Shown one piece after another: positions 47,720 through 60,750 of a stretch of DNA of 64,000 bases. A program made the translations under genes and the position numbers. A model generated the notes under the pieces. The model made no database searches, was not told where the DNA came from, and saw nothing but the letters and a program-made list of their open reading frames with translations. Source of the stretch: Macrostomum lignano (lineage: Eukaryota); the NCBI GenBank assembly GCA_002269645.1, contig NIVC01002675.1, positions 86,390 through 150,389 of the forward strand, written 5' to 3'. The stretch's first letter is position 1. Each line of letters opens with the position of its first letter.

Positions 47720-48090
47720 TTATCTCTCCTTACACTTCTCTTATCTCTACAATTTTATCTTTTCTCTCTTCCCATTACTTTCTCATCACTCTATTCACCT
47801 CTTTCCTTTCTGCTTTCCACTCTCTTATCTCCTCTCATCTGCAGCTATTTGCTCTCTTATCTCTACTCTCTTCTTTCTCTCTCTCCTCTTTATTTGCTTT
47901 TCTCTACTCCCTCTTCTTTCATCTTATCTCTTTTATCTTGCTTCTCATCTTTCCCCTCTCCTCTCTCATTGTCCTCACCCTCATCTCTCCTATTATCTTA
48001 TATCTTTTCTCTTATCTTTTCTTTTGCCTCTCCCATGTTTTCAAATTGTCTACTTCTTTTTCTTTCTACTTTCATCTGTCCCTTAGCCAT
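47720..48090. repeat. CT-rich low-complexity tract
   Basis: Directly visible. Confidence 0.85.
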
Positions 48091-49059
48091 TAGCTGGATT
48101 CTTTATCTGGCTTTTGAGGTAAGTCTACTAATCCCTACTTGGAAAGCCAGTTTGTAGGACATAGTACTCTCACATTTGTTTTCATGCTTTGATCACATCA
48201 TCTTTCTGGCTAATTTGTGGCCCTGGGAGAAGAAATGTATTTTTAGCTCCACTGTATTCTACTGTCTATATCAGTCTAACAACCAAGGAAATATACAGTT
48301 CTTAGAAGGTCATTTAAATTTTAGAATACCAACCTTTAAGTGAAACTAAATGTTAAAACTTCCATGGTATGACTTGTATTGTATTGGCATCACTTTTTTA
48401 CCCTATTGGAATAAGTTGATAAAATGTGGACGACCATCCGTCACATTTTTGGATTCTCCTGGTGTCAGACACGTGACAGTGGTGTCAAGTGGTGTGTCTT
48501 GTTGCGCAACACTGTGGAAACCTGGTGTCGTCATGCCTCAGTCACGCAGGTTAATCAGGGCTTTTTCATAAATCTTTTGCTTTTATAAACCATGAATCCA
48601 TGATTGATTGCCTTGATTTGCCAATTGCTATTAACTATTAAACTGCTCTAGAGTTTGTTTATATATAGGGCAATGGTTAGAATTTCTCATTAAACTGTCA
48701 TGGCTAAATGTAGCCTCTTTACTCTCAGGGTGCAAAGAAGTTTATAAATAAAGTTATTCCAAAACATTATATATTGCTATATATATTCAGCCATATTGCC
48801 TGACCCTTAATCTAGCTTTGGTCAATCTAGGGGAATGAGTGAGTGGGTAAGTGGCAAAAGCAAAAACAATAGAAAAAGAAAACAAACTTAACATGCTTAC
48901 AGTTTCTATACTGATTAAGTTATAGAATTGAATCTTTATATTTAGACAGAGAATGAGTTAATGAAGAATTATCAAGTTTGAAATCAATTGCTTAATGTGG
49001 AGCAAACTTATGGTAGCCAAAAGTTTGTCAATTTTATAACCCCTTTTATACATCTAGGC

Positions 49060-49555
49060 CCAAATTGAAAAAAGAGGCAGACAGAGGTTAGGGTGGCTAT
49101 CTCATTGAAGAAATAGCCTAACTTTAAAAATGCACACTGCCATTTAGGATTAACTTTAAGACTTTAAATTTGACATAATTATGCCAAATTGTTGAAGATT
49201 GTTTGTGTCAAATTTGAAGACAATTAGTAAAAATAGAATGGCACTAGAGAGGATTTAGTGAAAAATTATGGACAAGCAAATATACAAACCTTAAAGTTGT
49301 ACAGATTTAGATTGCATATTTTAAGCACTTTTTGCACTTTTCGGTAAGAAGACTCAAATTTAAGAAATTTTAAGGTAGCCTATAACACTTTCCATAGTAA
49401 ATTTAGAGGGGTGCAAAGTTTGGTTTAATTTGGTTGAGCCCCCCTAGTTTGGGAGTCTATACCAAAGTTAAATAATTTATATACACACATACACAATACA
49501 CATATATACAGAGAAAAGAGAGAGAGAGTTTTCATTTTTATAGGTAGAGATTTAT
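49060..49555 (+). mobile_element. Possible decayed Helentron-associated (HINE/DINE-like) element; a similar end lies at ~45600-45930
   Basis: Ends with an (ACA/AGA)-type microsatellite and TATA(G)TAGAT-like terminus; judged by general resemblance only. Confidence 0.3.
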
Positions 49556-50479
49556 TTCAGTTACCATGTAAATAACACTGACAATATTTGCATGGTAGTA
49601 CAGTACTATGCAAATAGTGTTTCAATTGCCAAAATAAAATAGCTAAATAATTTCCTAATTTACACAAAGTCACAAATTTAGACTTGGTTGTGCACAAAAT
49701 TTCTATTTTATTTGCTTGATGTTATGTCAATGTTTATGATCTATGACTACAATAGAATAATAATTTATAAATTTTGTCTGTTTTATCCATCTATTATAAT
49801 TAAATTATAAGTAAAAAAGCATAGATCATAAAAAGGTTCTAGTTTTTTTATCTCGCTCTATGCTTCAATAGTAGTATAATATAATCATATTTATCTATTA
49901 TCCCTATCTTGTTAGGGATATATTCAAGGCTTCATCAACATACAATCTATACTATAAAAATATCATGTTACAGCCCTTCCCTAAGGCTATAGATGGACCA
50001 ATGGCAATGAAAACATTCTTAAAAATGTTTAAGGGCCTTTAAATGTTTTATTTCGTGTTTTAATGTTAAGAACCGTTCCTCATAATAAAATGCTATTGTA
50101 AATAAATTTATGGTTCATATTTCGATTTCGATTCACGTAACTAGGCCTATTCAACGAAAAATAAGTTTAACAAGCGGTAAAACTTGAAAAAGTGCGGGAA
50201 ATTATTTCCTGTTCGTAAATCACGAAAATGGATTACGTATTCAGATGCAAAGCATTATGTAATTTATGTTATTACGTCGTAATAAATGAAATATTGCAAA
50301 TTGCGCCGAAAAATATTTAAAAAAGAAACAAAAAATTGATACGATAGATATTCATTTGCAAATTTAAGTCAATTTTAATATTTAAGAATTACTTAAAGAA
50401 AAACGACTAGCGAACAATTAACTACTTGGCAGGTATTTCAACGATGAAATTATCGAATCGAAAGTAAAAATGCTATTTA

Positions 50480-52035
50480 AAGACGTAAAGACGGTCTCTG
50501 ACTGTTTTTACCCTGGTTGCCTCTCTGGTAGCTTGTCTAAGGGTTGTGCGCAATCCGATTGGCCTGGCTTCGGCTAGCCCAATTTCTAAGGGTCCGCCCC
50601 GGAGGGGCTTTGCCCATTCTAAAAATAACCCAATTCTTTTTTCGTACATTCCAATAATTTGGCCATCGGCCCTGGGTTAGGGGTGGTGTACCTGGAGTGA
50701 GTTGGAGATCTGGACTGCAGTGTGGCTAGAACGGGACTTGAGCCCCCCGGTCGCACCCGCCCTGCAGGAAAGACGACCATTCACATAACTGTACGGTAGA
50801 GCCCAGTTGATGCTAGCCCTGAGGCTGGCCCCGGGTTAGGGTTCAGGTGCTCCTCCTTTCTGCCATTTTTTTTCTGGGCTGGCATCCTAGCGCGGTTTTA
50901 TCCCCATACTTTTATGTTTTTATTCTTTTATCGGGCCATGGAAGCCTTCCAATTCTCGGAGTTATTATTGTGTCTAGGCTCTCATCTCTGACAGTGGATT
51001 GAAGTCCTGGGAAGGATGTTGTAGCGAGCAACTCTAGCTGGTTGTTGCGAGTGTTAGTTAGCCACTCAAAAAGGTGAAGAAATAGAATGTGGCTGTGCCT
51101 GTATATTTATTGTCTGGTTGAACACAGATTTCCGGTTCATTGAGTGCGCGTTGGGATGTGCTCGCAGAGGGAAGTGGATAGGCTAGGTGGGGGTAACGGA
51201 GTGCAAACTAGTGAATGAAGACGCTGTCGTCTTCAAAGGTGGGACGATGGGTTATTAATGTTTGTAACTTTTATGGCTATGACAGCTATTTATTTAACCC
51301 AAATTAAGATTTTCATTTTTAACATTTTCAATTCCAATTCTGTTTTTCGCGCACTCCCGAGGACTTGTCTGCTGGGGGGTAGCCTGGGTGGACTCGGTCC
51401 TAGTATCAGCGTTCAAATCGCTGATATGCTATTACAAACTTATCATAGATATTTAATGTTAGACCCACCCATTTGCCTGCACTAAAACAGCCACGCAGAC
51501 CATGCGTGCCCTCTCCGTGTTAATTTATCTAGCTGCCTAACTATACAAAAAAGCAAATAAGATGGGTGGGGCGGAAAAATATCACGCCACCACCCAACGC
51601 TGCCCCCGAGCACAATGTCGAGCATTATAAATACAATGCAATTGAAAGAGCCGAGGCTCTCCACTGCCGAGTTGAGTAAAGTTTGAGCTCAAACCTAAGA
51701 AAAGGACTTGTCTCAGTTCTTCGAAGTTTCTGCCTGTCGTGGCAGAGGGGTAGCAGGCGTGTAAGGTAGTGGGCGTGAGAGGCCTTTCAGAGACTACCGA
51801 TAAAAGACCTGTTACACCTAGCACCGTCCCTGATTCCACTTTTTGGGTTGGCGGTGTCTTGTACCATAGGCTTGGGCTAGTAGCTCCAAAATTTCCCCCT
51901 GGCCTGACTCCGGGGCCCAATCAGGAGGGTATCTCGGGCTTAGGCCCCTGGAAGTGCCCCTCAGCGGCAGAGCCCCCCCCCCCAGGGCTGATCCGCGGGA
52001 AGCAAGCTCTTTCCAGCCCGTTTAACAACAACAAC
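50480..52035 (+). mobile_element. Unclassified 1.56-kb non-coding retroposon-like insertion
   Basis: 14-bp direct repeat AAAAATGCTATTTA at 50466-50479 and 52036-52049; (AAC)4 3' tail; GC-richer than its flanks. Confidence 0.65.
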
Positions 52036-53119
52036 AAAAATGCTATTTATAGATATTAAAGATGTATAACATCATTGCGTAATAGTAATAAACGTGAAAA
52101 CGCGGTTACGAAAAAGAAGCAACAATGATATTGGTTATACGTGACGTTCGAGTTCGAAGACGAGTGCCAGTATACAGATGAACAAACTGCAACTATGATT
52201 GCTGATGGAGTATCTTTATTAGTGAATAAACGAACATATTTTTCCGTTTACTTACACGATGAAATATTTTACACTAAAGCTATTTCAAGCGACGTCAAAT
52301 CATTTTGTGAATACATTTAACACTAATATTCGCTAGCTATTTCTAAGAGATAAAATATGTGTGTTATACTTCCTACTCTTAAAAATTCTAAGAATTTTTC
52401 CTTAGAACTGTGCGCATACTGTTTAAAGTAGTATGCATCCTCAAGTAGAAATTATAGAATATTTTGCTACAAAAACAATTTTTATGAGTTTAAGTTGGAA
52501 TCATTTGCAATTAAACAAACAGCTGGAATCACTAGATATTAGGCAATAATAATGATTGACTGCTCATCAGATTTTTTATGTACAACAGAACCAGTTAGTA
52601 GTGTAAAACAGTAGAGATTAAAAATTCTCTCCCAGCTTCCTAAAAATGGGTCGAACTATGGCCATAAAGTACTGGTTACGTGAAATCAGAAGTAGAATTA
52701 GAAGAAGCATTACGCTATACAAGCTACACTCGGTTTTCTTATATTATCTTATTATCTATTATGATAATATTTGATATTATCTTATCAAAATATAAATTAG
52801 GTTTTAACACCGACACAAACTCACTGACTTCAAGAGAATACACAAAGTAGCTCCGGTCTCCCAACTTTTTACTTCCCTAGTATTGAAGGCCCTGGTAACG
52901 TATATTTTTCGCATCGCTAGCGCATTTAGTAAATGCTCTAGAGAACGCATTGCACTAGTGAACCTGCAGGGGGGTTTCACCATAGACAAATTTGGTTGAG
53001 AAAAGTCAGCACTGAAAAAAATCCGATAATTTTCGAGAGCATACACTACACACTAGCGATACGACAAATATACGTTCCTTCTAATATACGGCAAAACCGA
53101 TCGTGTAGCGTCCTTCACT

Positions 53120-54154
53120 TCAGTTGTTCAATGGATGGAAGACGTCGACCACTTGACTGCTGTCCCGCTGTGCCGGCAGCAACTCCCGTTCGCACTCACA
53201 ACAGATGCCGATCAGGTTGCCAAGTCCCAGTAAATATCCCGTGTCTGGTTGATTGTCCGGCACTGGAACTACGTGCGTGAAGTCAACCATGCAAACCAGC
53301 ACATCCGGGTCACGTTGCGGACAGCTCTCGACGCCCAGTAGGATTGAACTGGCGTAGAAATGGTACATGCGTTGAGTCTCGAACCAGCGTTGAAGGCTCT
53401 CCAAGCCAGCTAGCAGCTGCTTGACTAAAAACACCCGATGCTGCGCTGGAGCCGTCGACAACAGCGGCTGCAGCACGGCGGTTTGCATGTTAGACGGCGT
53501 TACCTCGCGACCGTAGCGTTTTCCGTGCAACTCATAACCGTGACACTCCTGGCGCCACAGGCGCATTCCAGTGACGAAAAAACCAGTCTGTTGCCGGTAG
53601 GCGTACCTTGAGAAATGAGTTGAAATGAAATATCAACCCTGTGCTTGTGTATCGTTCGATTCGATCCCTGTGTTGTACACTGCTGGCTAAAATAATATGC
53701 ATGTAAGGAGCAGCAGAAAGTCACCGATTTTGGTCTCAAAAAGATGATCACCACTCGACTATAAAATTAATTTAGCATGGCCGCACCTGTCCGGTCGTTC
53801 CTTCGTTTCGCCGCTGCAATCTGGCTCGTGTCGCCGGGCGCCCATCTTGATGTCAATTATGGACGGTCGAGCGAATCCGTCCAGCAAGTCGCTCAGACGG
53901 ATGTACAGCTTACCAGTTACCGGATGCTGGTGCACACCCAGAAAGCTCGACAGGAAGCAGCGCAGGGCCGACAGTTGCTGCACCTGATGCCGTTGCTGCG
54001 GGTCGAATGGAGGCTCATCCTTCCGCGAGCCAAACACGGCCTCGTAGAAGTTCACCTCTCTCGGGCCCTTCGGCGCCTCCTGGACTGGTTTATAGACGCA
54101 GCGCTCGCTCGGCGAGTACAGAACTGCGGATTTGTAGTTGGTGTAGCCCGTTAA
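53120..54154 (-). CDS. IPMK: Inositol polyphosphate multikinase (IPK family), exons ~54154-53787 and 53606-53120; native start unclear
   Basis: KGPREVNFY, PSIIDIKMG (PxxxDxKxG), FYASSILL, MVDFTH, DTGYLLGL; phase-2 GT-AG intron. Confidence 0.85.
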
Positions 54155-54155
54155 G

Positions 54156-54532
54156 AATAATATTCGCAGGAGGGCTGCGGGCATCCTGGCGCAGCGCCTT
54201 CGGCGACATCGTCCTACAACCAGCGCTGAGGCAGCTCTGCCCATTCCGCTGACTCCTGAGTACATGCAAGCGCGCCAATGCTGTACGCATGCACGCACTC
54301 ATGCACACGCCCCAGACAGGTACAGGGTGTACAGTGAACATGAGTTTCTAATCGTCAGGCATGTACACTCTCTGTGCCATGACCCTCATGGGTGTTAATC
54401 GTACGACACACCCCCGGGGCCGATTTTCGTGCACCAGCCCCAAATTAATGTGGCCGGCCGCGCAAGGAATGAAGCAGGGGAGGAGCCGCGAGGGTCAAAC
54501 GCGTTTGCCACTGAGCTGCTCTGCCCCCCCCC
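54156..54532 (-). mobile_element. Second copy of the tRNA-derived SINE, abutting IPMK coding sequence
   Basis: Poly-G start, A/B-box remnants; shares CCACATTAATTTGGGG, GTGTACATGCCT, GGAGTC.GCGGAATGGGCAG and GCGCCAGG.TGC with 23112-23471. Confidence 0.85.
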
Positions 54533-55288
54533 AGAGTAAGCACATTTCCGTGTTACTGCAACAGTATCCTATAGTCATTACTTCGTAAAAAACTACGAGT
54601 TCATGAGAGATGCTTTCTTTACAGGTACTGGCTAGAGAAGAGTCTAAAGACTAGACGGAAATAATTAGCGGCCAATTTAAGTAAATTTGCAGTGTAAATT
54701 TGTTCCTCGTAACCTGCACTAGAATTGGATTGCTCCGATGAGCCGATAAAAAAATAATGTTAAGGGCTAGCTCTTGGTTTTTAAAGCATAGTCAGTCCGG
54801 AAACAGAGTCGAATGCTTGAAGTTTAGACGTTGCCAGTTTAGCAATTCACATTGTTGCACATAGCGTTTTGTTTAAACTTGTTGCACAAATGACTTTAAA
54901 AGCTTCCTACATGTATTTCTGCTCAGACTTGCTTTTGTCAATAAACTTGCATGTATTTTACATGTTTGTTAGCAGTCAGAGAGCAAGTTTTGTTTAACTT
55001 CCTAGTGGGTCTGGAAATTCGAAATAAAACTTGTAGTTGCCTTAATTGCTGGCTATCAGAACGGGGATCGTAATCCCTTTCTCTGCGATAAAAATACTGC
55101 TCATAGATAATGTGTAGACTAGTGTTTAAAATATCAACAAACTTGAAATTTGCAGCAAGCGAGAGAGTCAAAACACACTGTAGATCATAATTAACCTTTG
55201 TGTGTCTGCGCTGCGATCTGTCTTAATACAAATAACAGCGCATGTGAGCCTACTGTACTGTTAAACAGCTGAATTACGCAGTTTTTAA

Positions 55289-55459
55289 GGGTGATTTCAC
55301 AACCGCTAAAAGCACTTGCTTTCATAAACGACAGTCTTTTTAGCGGTTGTGAAGTTTCGCGGTTGTGAAAGTAGATGACATTTAGCGGTTGTGAAGTTTC
55401 GCGTTTGTGAAAGTAGGTGATTTAGCGGTTGTGAAATTTTGCGTTTGTGAAAGCAACCC
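55289..55459. mobile_element. 171-bp MITE with GG-terminal TIRs and 8-bp TSD (Merlin- or hAT-like)
   Basis: GGGTGATTTCACAACCGC / GCGTTTGTGAAAGCAACCC; TSD GTTTTTAA; internal TTTAGCGGTTGTGAA repeats. Confidence 0.75.
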
Positions 55460-58400
55460 GTTTTTAAGTGGCATTATCTTCCAGTTTTTACATTGCCGAG
55501 GGTTGTGTCATAAGTTCGCGGATAAAACAGACTGCAGTAGAAGAAAGCATTGTAAAACTCGGCGTCGCACTTCTTCATACAGTTGCTGCGCACAATTGTG
55601 TCATCGTCTCTCTGACAGCTTGCTGAAATCGTCAGCAAAGAATTCTGTGAGGCCCCCCCCCTTTCTACCCACCCACTGGTTAACTCTGCTTAACTCAATG
55701 CAGACTACAAGCGTATATTGCTGGCAGCCCAGGGCCGGCAAAATAGGGTAGGTAACCATCTAATTAAATCCTAAGTGTCTGATGGCGTTCACAGTTTCAC
55801 AACTACGAGCTAGGTGTCAGCATCCAGTTGTCAGCAGTTTTGCATGGAATCCAGCTATAGTAACGAAGCGTGTCATCCACGAAAATTATGTGGTGAACGC
55901 AATAAAGACTCAACCCAAGGATGTCCCAATCGAGCTGTCGCAGCGTCACTCGTCGAGCTGCATCCATCACCTGCTGCACACCATGCACCTTTGTTTCTGT
56001 CGTTGCAGATCGAGAAATTGAGAAGGACCAAAACGCACAGCATCTTTCATGGTTTCCCAGCAGTCTTTCAAACGCTGCATCATCAAATTGAACTGCGTTT
56101 TGTGCTGCCTGCATTTGCCAGCGAGCTTTGACATAAACCTCGTACATGTCACCTTCATATGACCTCTTTCGCTATAAAATTGCGCCCTGCTACACGAAAA
56201 GGGAATAAGCATTGTTCATATAGAAATGTCTGTTCATAGCAGAGGGACATAGCGATAAAAATCCGCGGTCTCTGCATTCGGACTGAGGTATGGAGTGTGA
56301 CACTTTGCCTGCACTCATTAATGTACAGCCGCAGGCGCTCAGGCGAGCAAAATGGTCAGAAAGTTAGATAAGTAGAGAAGAAAATGGATGCTATTTTTAT
56401 TAGCTATGGTCACTGCAAACAAAACGAAAGTTCACGACAATGTGAAAATTGCGCAGCCAAGTCTTGATGTACTTCGCATTTGCTTACATTGACCGAGCGG
56501 ATCGTCTCCTGAAAAAAGAATTGTTTGTTGGATTCTTTAATAACTGATTGTGTCTGTTGCCTAAATTGTGTCAATGTGGTCTATTGAGAAATTTAAACCC
56601 CTGTGATCATGTGATAAAATACATACCGATTTTATGTGGTAGCAGATTGCCATAACCCGTGATTTGATGCTCGTAATTGCATACGTCTGAAGGCAAATGA
56701 GGATGTTCTGTTGAAGAGAGAGACATATCTATCACTTTTTTAGTTTCATCTGAAAGTGAATTAATTATAAGGATTGATTCAGAATAGTTAATTGTGGAGA
56801 GGGTGCAACAAATCAAAATATGTAAACATCTGCAGTATATGAACCATGCATCAGTATAGAAAAAGTGTACATCAGACATAATCATAAGCTAGTTAACACA
56901 AGCTCTTGCTAAATTTACCGCCAATAGTATATTGAAAATATACTTCAATACTCGGAATGCAAAAAACCTATTTGTACACTTAATATTTATACAAGGCAGA
57001 AATTTTAATAAAATAACATAGCTATAATAGCTATAATAAAAGCTAATTGGTGTGAATTTTTAAAAAGCTTTTAATGAATGTCGAAAAGTCATTTGCTCAA
57101 TTGAATGACTCAAGAGAGAATCAAATATGAGTTTGATTAAAGAATTCAAAACTGCAAAACTATTAAAAATTGTACATTACTAAAAGAAGATATAACTGTT
57201 TTTTCGTTATTTTTGCACGGAAACTGTCTGTGTGAAACGTATGTGATTGTGTCGGTTGTAAAGTATGCTTTAAAATATTAAATTAAAAGGTCTGAATTAA
57301 CAACTCTAAAGAAATCGATTCAAAAATTTTAAGACAAGACTAATGTATGACTTACCTAGACGACACAAATGGGCCTTGAGTGATGATAAAATATAAATTG
57401 TTTGTATAAAATGTTAAACAAAGTTTTCGTACGAATATCGTTCTTCAACGAACCTTGACATTACACTTTTCCTTAGTAAAATTCTTGCAATAGACTAAAT
57501 TTTATTTTTTATTTTTTATAATTTAAAAATTCATTTTTGTTCTTCTACTAGGTCAAAGACGAAAAACGAATTTGTTTAAATTTGTTTCATTTTTTAAAAA
57601 TCTGCTTAAAGCAGTTCAATAACGTCTTTACGGGACGGTTTAGGCAGTTCAATGTTTGCAGCGTCGTAGTGGTGGCTAGAAGTTGAAATCTTACAGGTTC
57701 ATAAACTGCTAATTAGAACTATATATCCTGAAGCTGCTGTGATACTTCAGAGTTGCCGACGATTGATAAATTCGGATGACGGCTTACAGTGTTGTTTAAT
57801 ATTTTACGAGCTATAGCACCAAACCCAAGTATCTAGGCCAAGAACGTGACGACCAAAAATCTCTAAGTACTATATCGCCGTTACGAATTTAAACATAAAT
57901 CGTCCACAATTGCATGTGATGAGGACGCACTTTTTTTCCAAATTTCACGCTCGCACATGGGTGCAGGGTTCCAAACTTGCTAGCCTACATGTACTAACAG
58001 CAGGCTTTGGGCGTTTTTCTCCCTCTTGCAATTTTTCTAGAATTCATGCTAGTGTAGCTATTTCTGTATTTCTGTTTCCGACTTCTGTAGCTATATTAAT
58101 CTGCCATACTTGTAGTTATAATAATATACGCGTGGTTTTTTGCTGCTTTTGGGTCATAAATCATTGCGTCTGAGCTGGTCTGACAGCCACCTGCGCCTCA
58201 CTCAATGCTGAGGCTGGCGCCAGATGGTCTGAGAGGATTCGGGCGGTGGCTTTTTTCTCATCATTTTGACAGGCCATCAAGATTTATGAGGTCAGGGCCT
58301 ATTGTTCGTGTTCACTCAAGCGTGTGACAGCTTTGACAGCTATGCGTTTTACCCCTAAAAGTACGTTGGGATTAGCGATTAGCGATTTCTCTTCATTATC

Positions 58401-58589
58401 TTCACTTTCTACTTAATAAGAGCTTCTAATGTATATTTTTCATTAACCTTTGTCATTTCTACGCGAAAGGTCATAAATCATTATGTAGCGATTTTGAGTG
58501 ATTTATGACCGCACCTGTCGTATTTTTATGGCCCCGAGGGAACTGATAGGATCTCTTGGTCACGTGAGTTTTGGTGGTAACAATCAGAA

Positions 58590-58690
58590 AATTCGACGTG
58601 CGTTATAACAAATCGGCTCAGCCAATCAGAATCGAGGTGTTCCATTATAACAAAATGGCGGTCCAGTTGGCGGCTATAAAAACCGGCGTT
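58590..58690 (+). promoter_or_regulatory. Promoter-like cluster (CCAAT, YY1-like AAAATGGCGG, TATAAAA)
   Basis: AGCCAATCAG, AAAATGGCGG and GGCTATAAAAA in order; no downstream CDS identified. Confidence 0.35.
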
Positions 58691-60396
58691 TTTGGCCCCG
58701 CTCGGACTTCAACTTGGCCGGTCACCTGTCACCTGACACCCAGCTGCCACTCGCGACCGTCGTCTCTTGATCCCCGGATCGCGACTTCCCCCATCACCAT
58801 CAAGGACGAATTCCCCGGTCGTCAGCAGCGAACATCAAAGTTGAGAGCATCACCTGCTAGCTATCTGCGAAGATTGTGAAAATCAGCATCATCCCGAGTC
58901 TACAGCTGCGAAGCACTAAGCCGATTCGGTCACTGTGGATTACCTGGTCTCCGGCTGTTGAGTTTCTGATTGGTTGGGTGAGAGGCTACCTAGACTTGCT
59001 TGATTGGGTGATTCCTTATCTGTCCCCTATTTCAGTAGCTGGATTAGGCGCACACTTTTGCTCATTTTGTTCAACAGTGCTGTTATCGAGGCAGAAATCA
59101 CTCAATAATACTGCTAGTAGTCTAAGACTCCAATTCAATCTGAGATGTGAAGTGATTTAAGGAGAAGGTTAAATCTGACAGTTATTTTTATCGGTTTTAT
59201 TTCTTTGCTCGCCGATGGCTCAGATGAGGAGCTAAGCTAGTAGGCGCCGGTCACAGTGGACCAATGGCAAGGCAGTTCCAGTCGATCAATCTATCAAATC
59301 AGTTAGCGAAATTGCCAATAGTGCAAAATCGGCGCTAGAGATGTACTTTGTGCACTCTAGGTTAGCCAAGCGGCTCGGGTAATGAATCATGCGGTCTCTG
59401 AAGTTCGAGTTAGTCTATCATCAGCGCTATGAGAGGCTAGTTGGCGCGTTGAAGGCCAAAAGTACATATCTTCGTATTTAGCAATGTAATAGTACATGCA
59501 GCTTCCCCATAGACTCGCCACCGCAAGAATCCCCTGCACAAGTCCCCTCTGTACCTGCATGGCCAATGCGATCTAGTCCCAGCAGTGTCCCTTATATCAT
59601 TGGCTATGACTTCGAGATTGACAGCAAAAAGACACTAGTTGGCAGGTAAGTGCTAAGCCCCCTCTAGTCGGAAGCCCGATTTCGAAAGTCCCGGTTTGGT
59701 GAGCCAGGACGCACGGGCTGGTGGCAGCGGGTTAGTTAATCTGCGGATTGGCTAATCTCTACCTTCAAAAATTCTCCCTGCTTGTCTCTCGCTGTCCCTC
59801 TCTTAGCTATAGGACCTAGACTGCTCGCCACACGATCAAGCTACCATGGGGCTGACCATCTGACAGGAGTGGGGGGCCAGGACTCTAATTGATTTATTTC
59901 TGAGACCTGAGGCCCGAAGGCTTCCCCACAAGGGGGCCGAAAGGTCGAAACCTATCACATGCAATAAAACAATAATCGATAATCATTATAATGCAGTATA
60001 ACAATAAAGGAAACATCTAATAAATATGTAAATATGTACAATTACTTCTGAGTTCAAACTCAATATTGCAAATTGCACGTGAAAACTACAGTAAAAAACA
60101 GGCGTAATGAAGGATTATACTTGAAGAATGTAAAGGGAATACATTTTGATAGGAAAGGGGATAGAAAGATTTAGCAGTTTTAGAATACGAAAAAGCTTTT
60201 TTGTTTCAAAAAATGTTCAAACTGAAAAAGAGATATTCCGTTCAACGTATTCTCGACAAAAATATGTTTTCTTGTATCAGCACATCTTCGTATCCCCATC
60301 CCCCCGATACCACCGGCGAACATACTTGCCCGCCAACCGTTATAATTAATGATGGAAGCAAAAATAAATAAGAATTACTAGCCTGCAGAGGGCAGA

Positions 60397-60750
60397 GGGC
60401 AGACTGACTGACTGACTGACTGACTGACTGACTGTGACTGACTGACTGACTGACTGACTGACTGACTGACTGACTGACTGACTGACTGACTGACTGACTG
60501 ACTGACTGACTGACTGACTGACTGACTGACTGACTGACTGACTGACTGACTGACTGACTGACTGACTGACTGACTGACTGACTGACTGACTGACTGACTG
60601 ACTGACTGACTGACTGACTGACTGACTGACTGACTGACTGACTGACTGACTGACTGACTGACTGACTGACTGACTGACTGACTGACTGACTGACTGACTG
60701 ACTGACTGACTGACTGACTGACTGACTGACTGACTGACTGACTGACTGAT
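60397..60750. repeat. (GACT)n microsatellite
   Basis: Directly visible. Confidence 0.98.

Noticed and set aside
58150-58535. Possible MITE with GGTCATAAATCA inverted repeats
   Set aside because: Ends ambiguous and no TSD found
59905-59960. Hammerhead-like GGCC-GAAA-GGTC-GAAAC
   Set aside because: No CUGANGA directly before the stem; only short hairpins are supported
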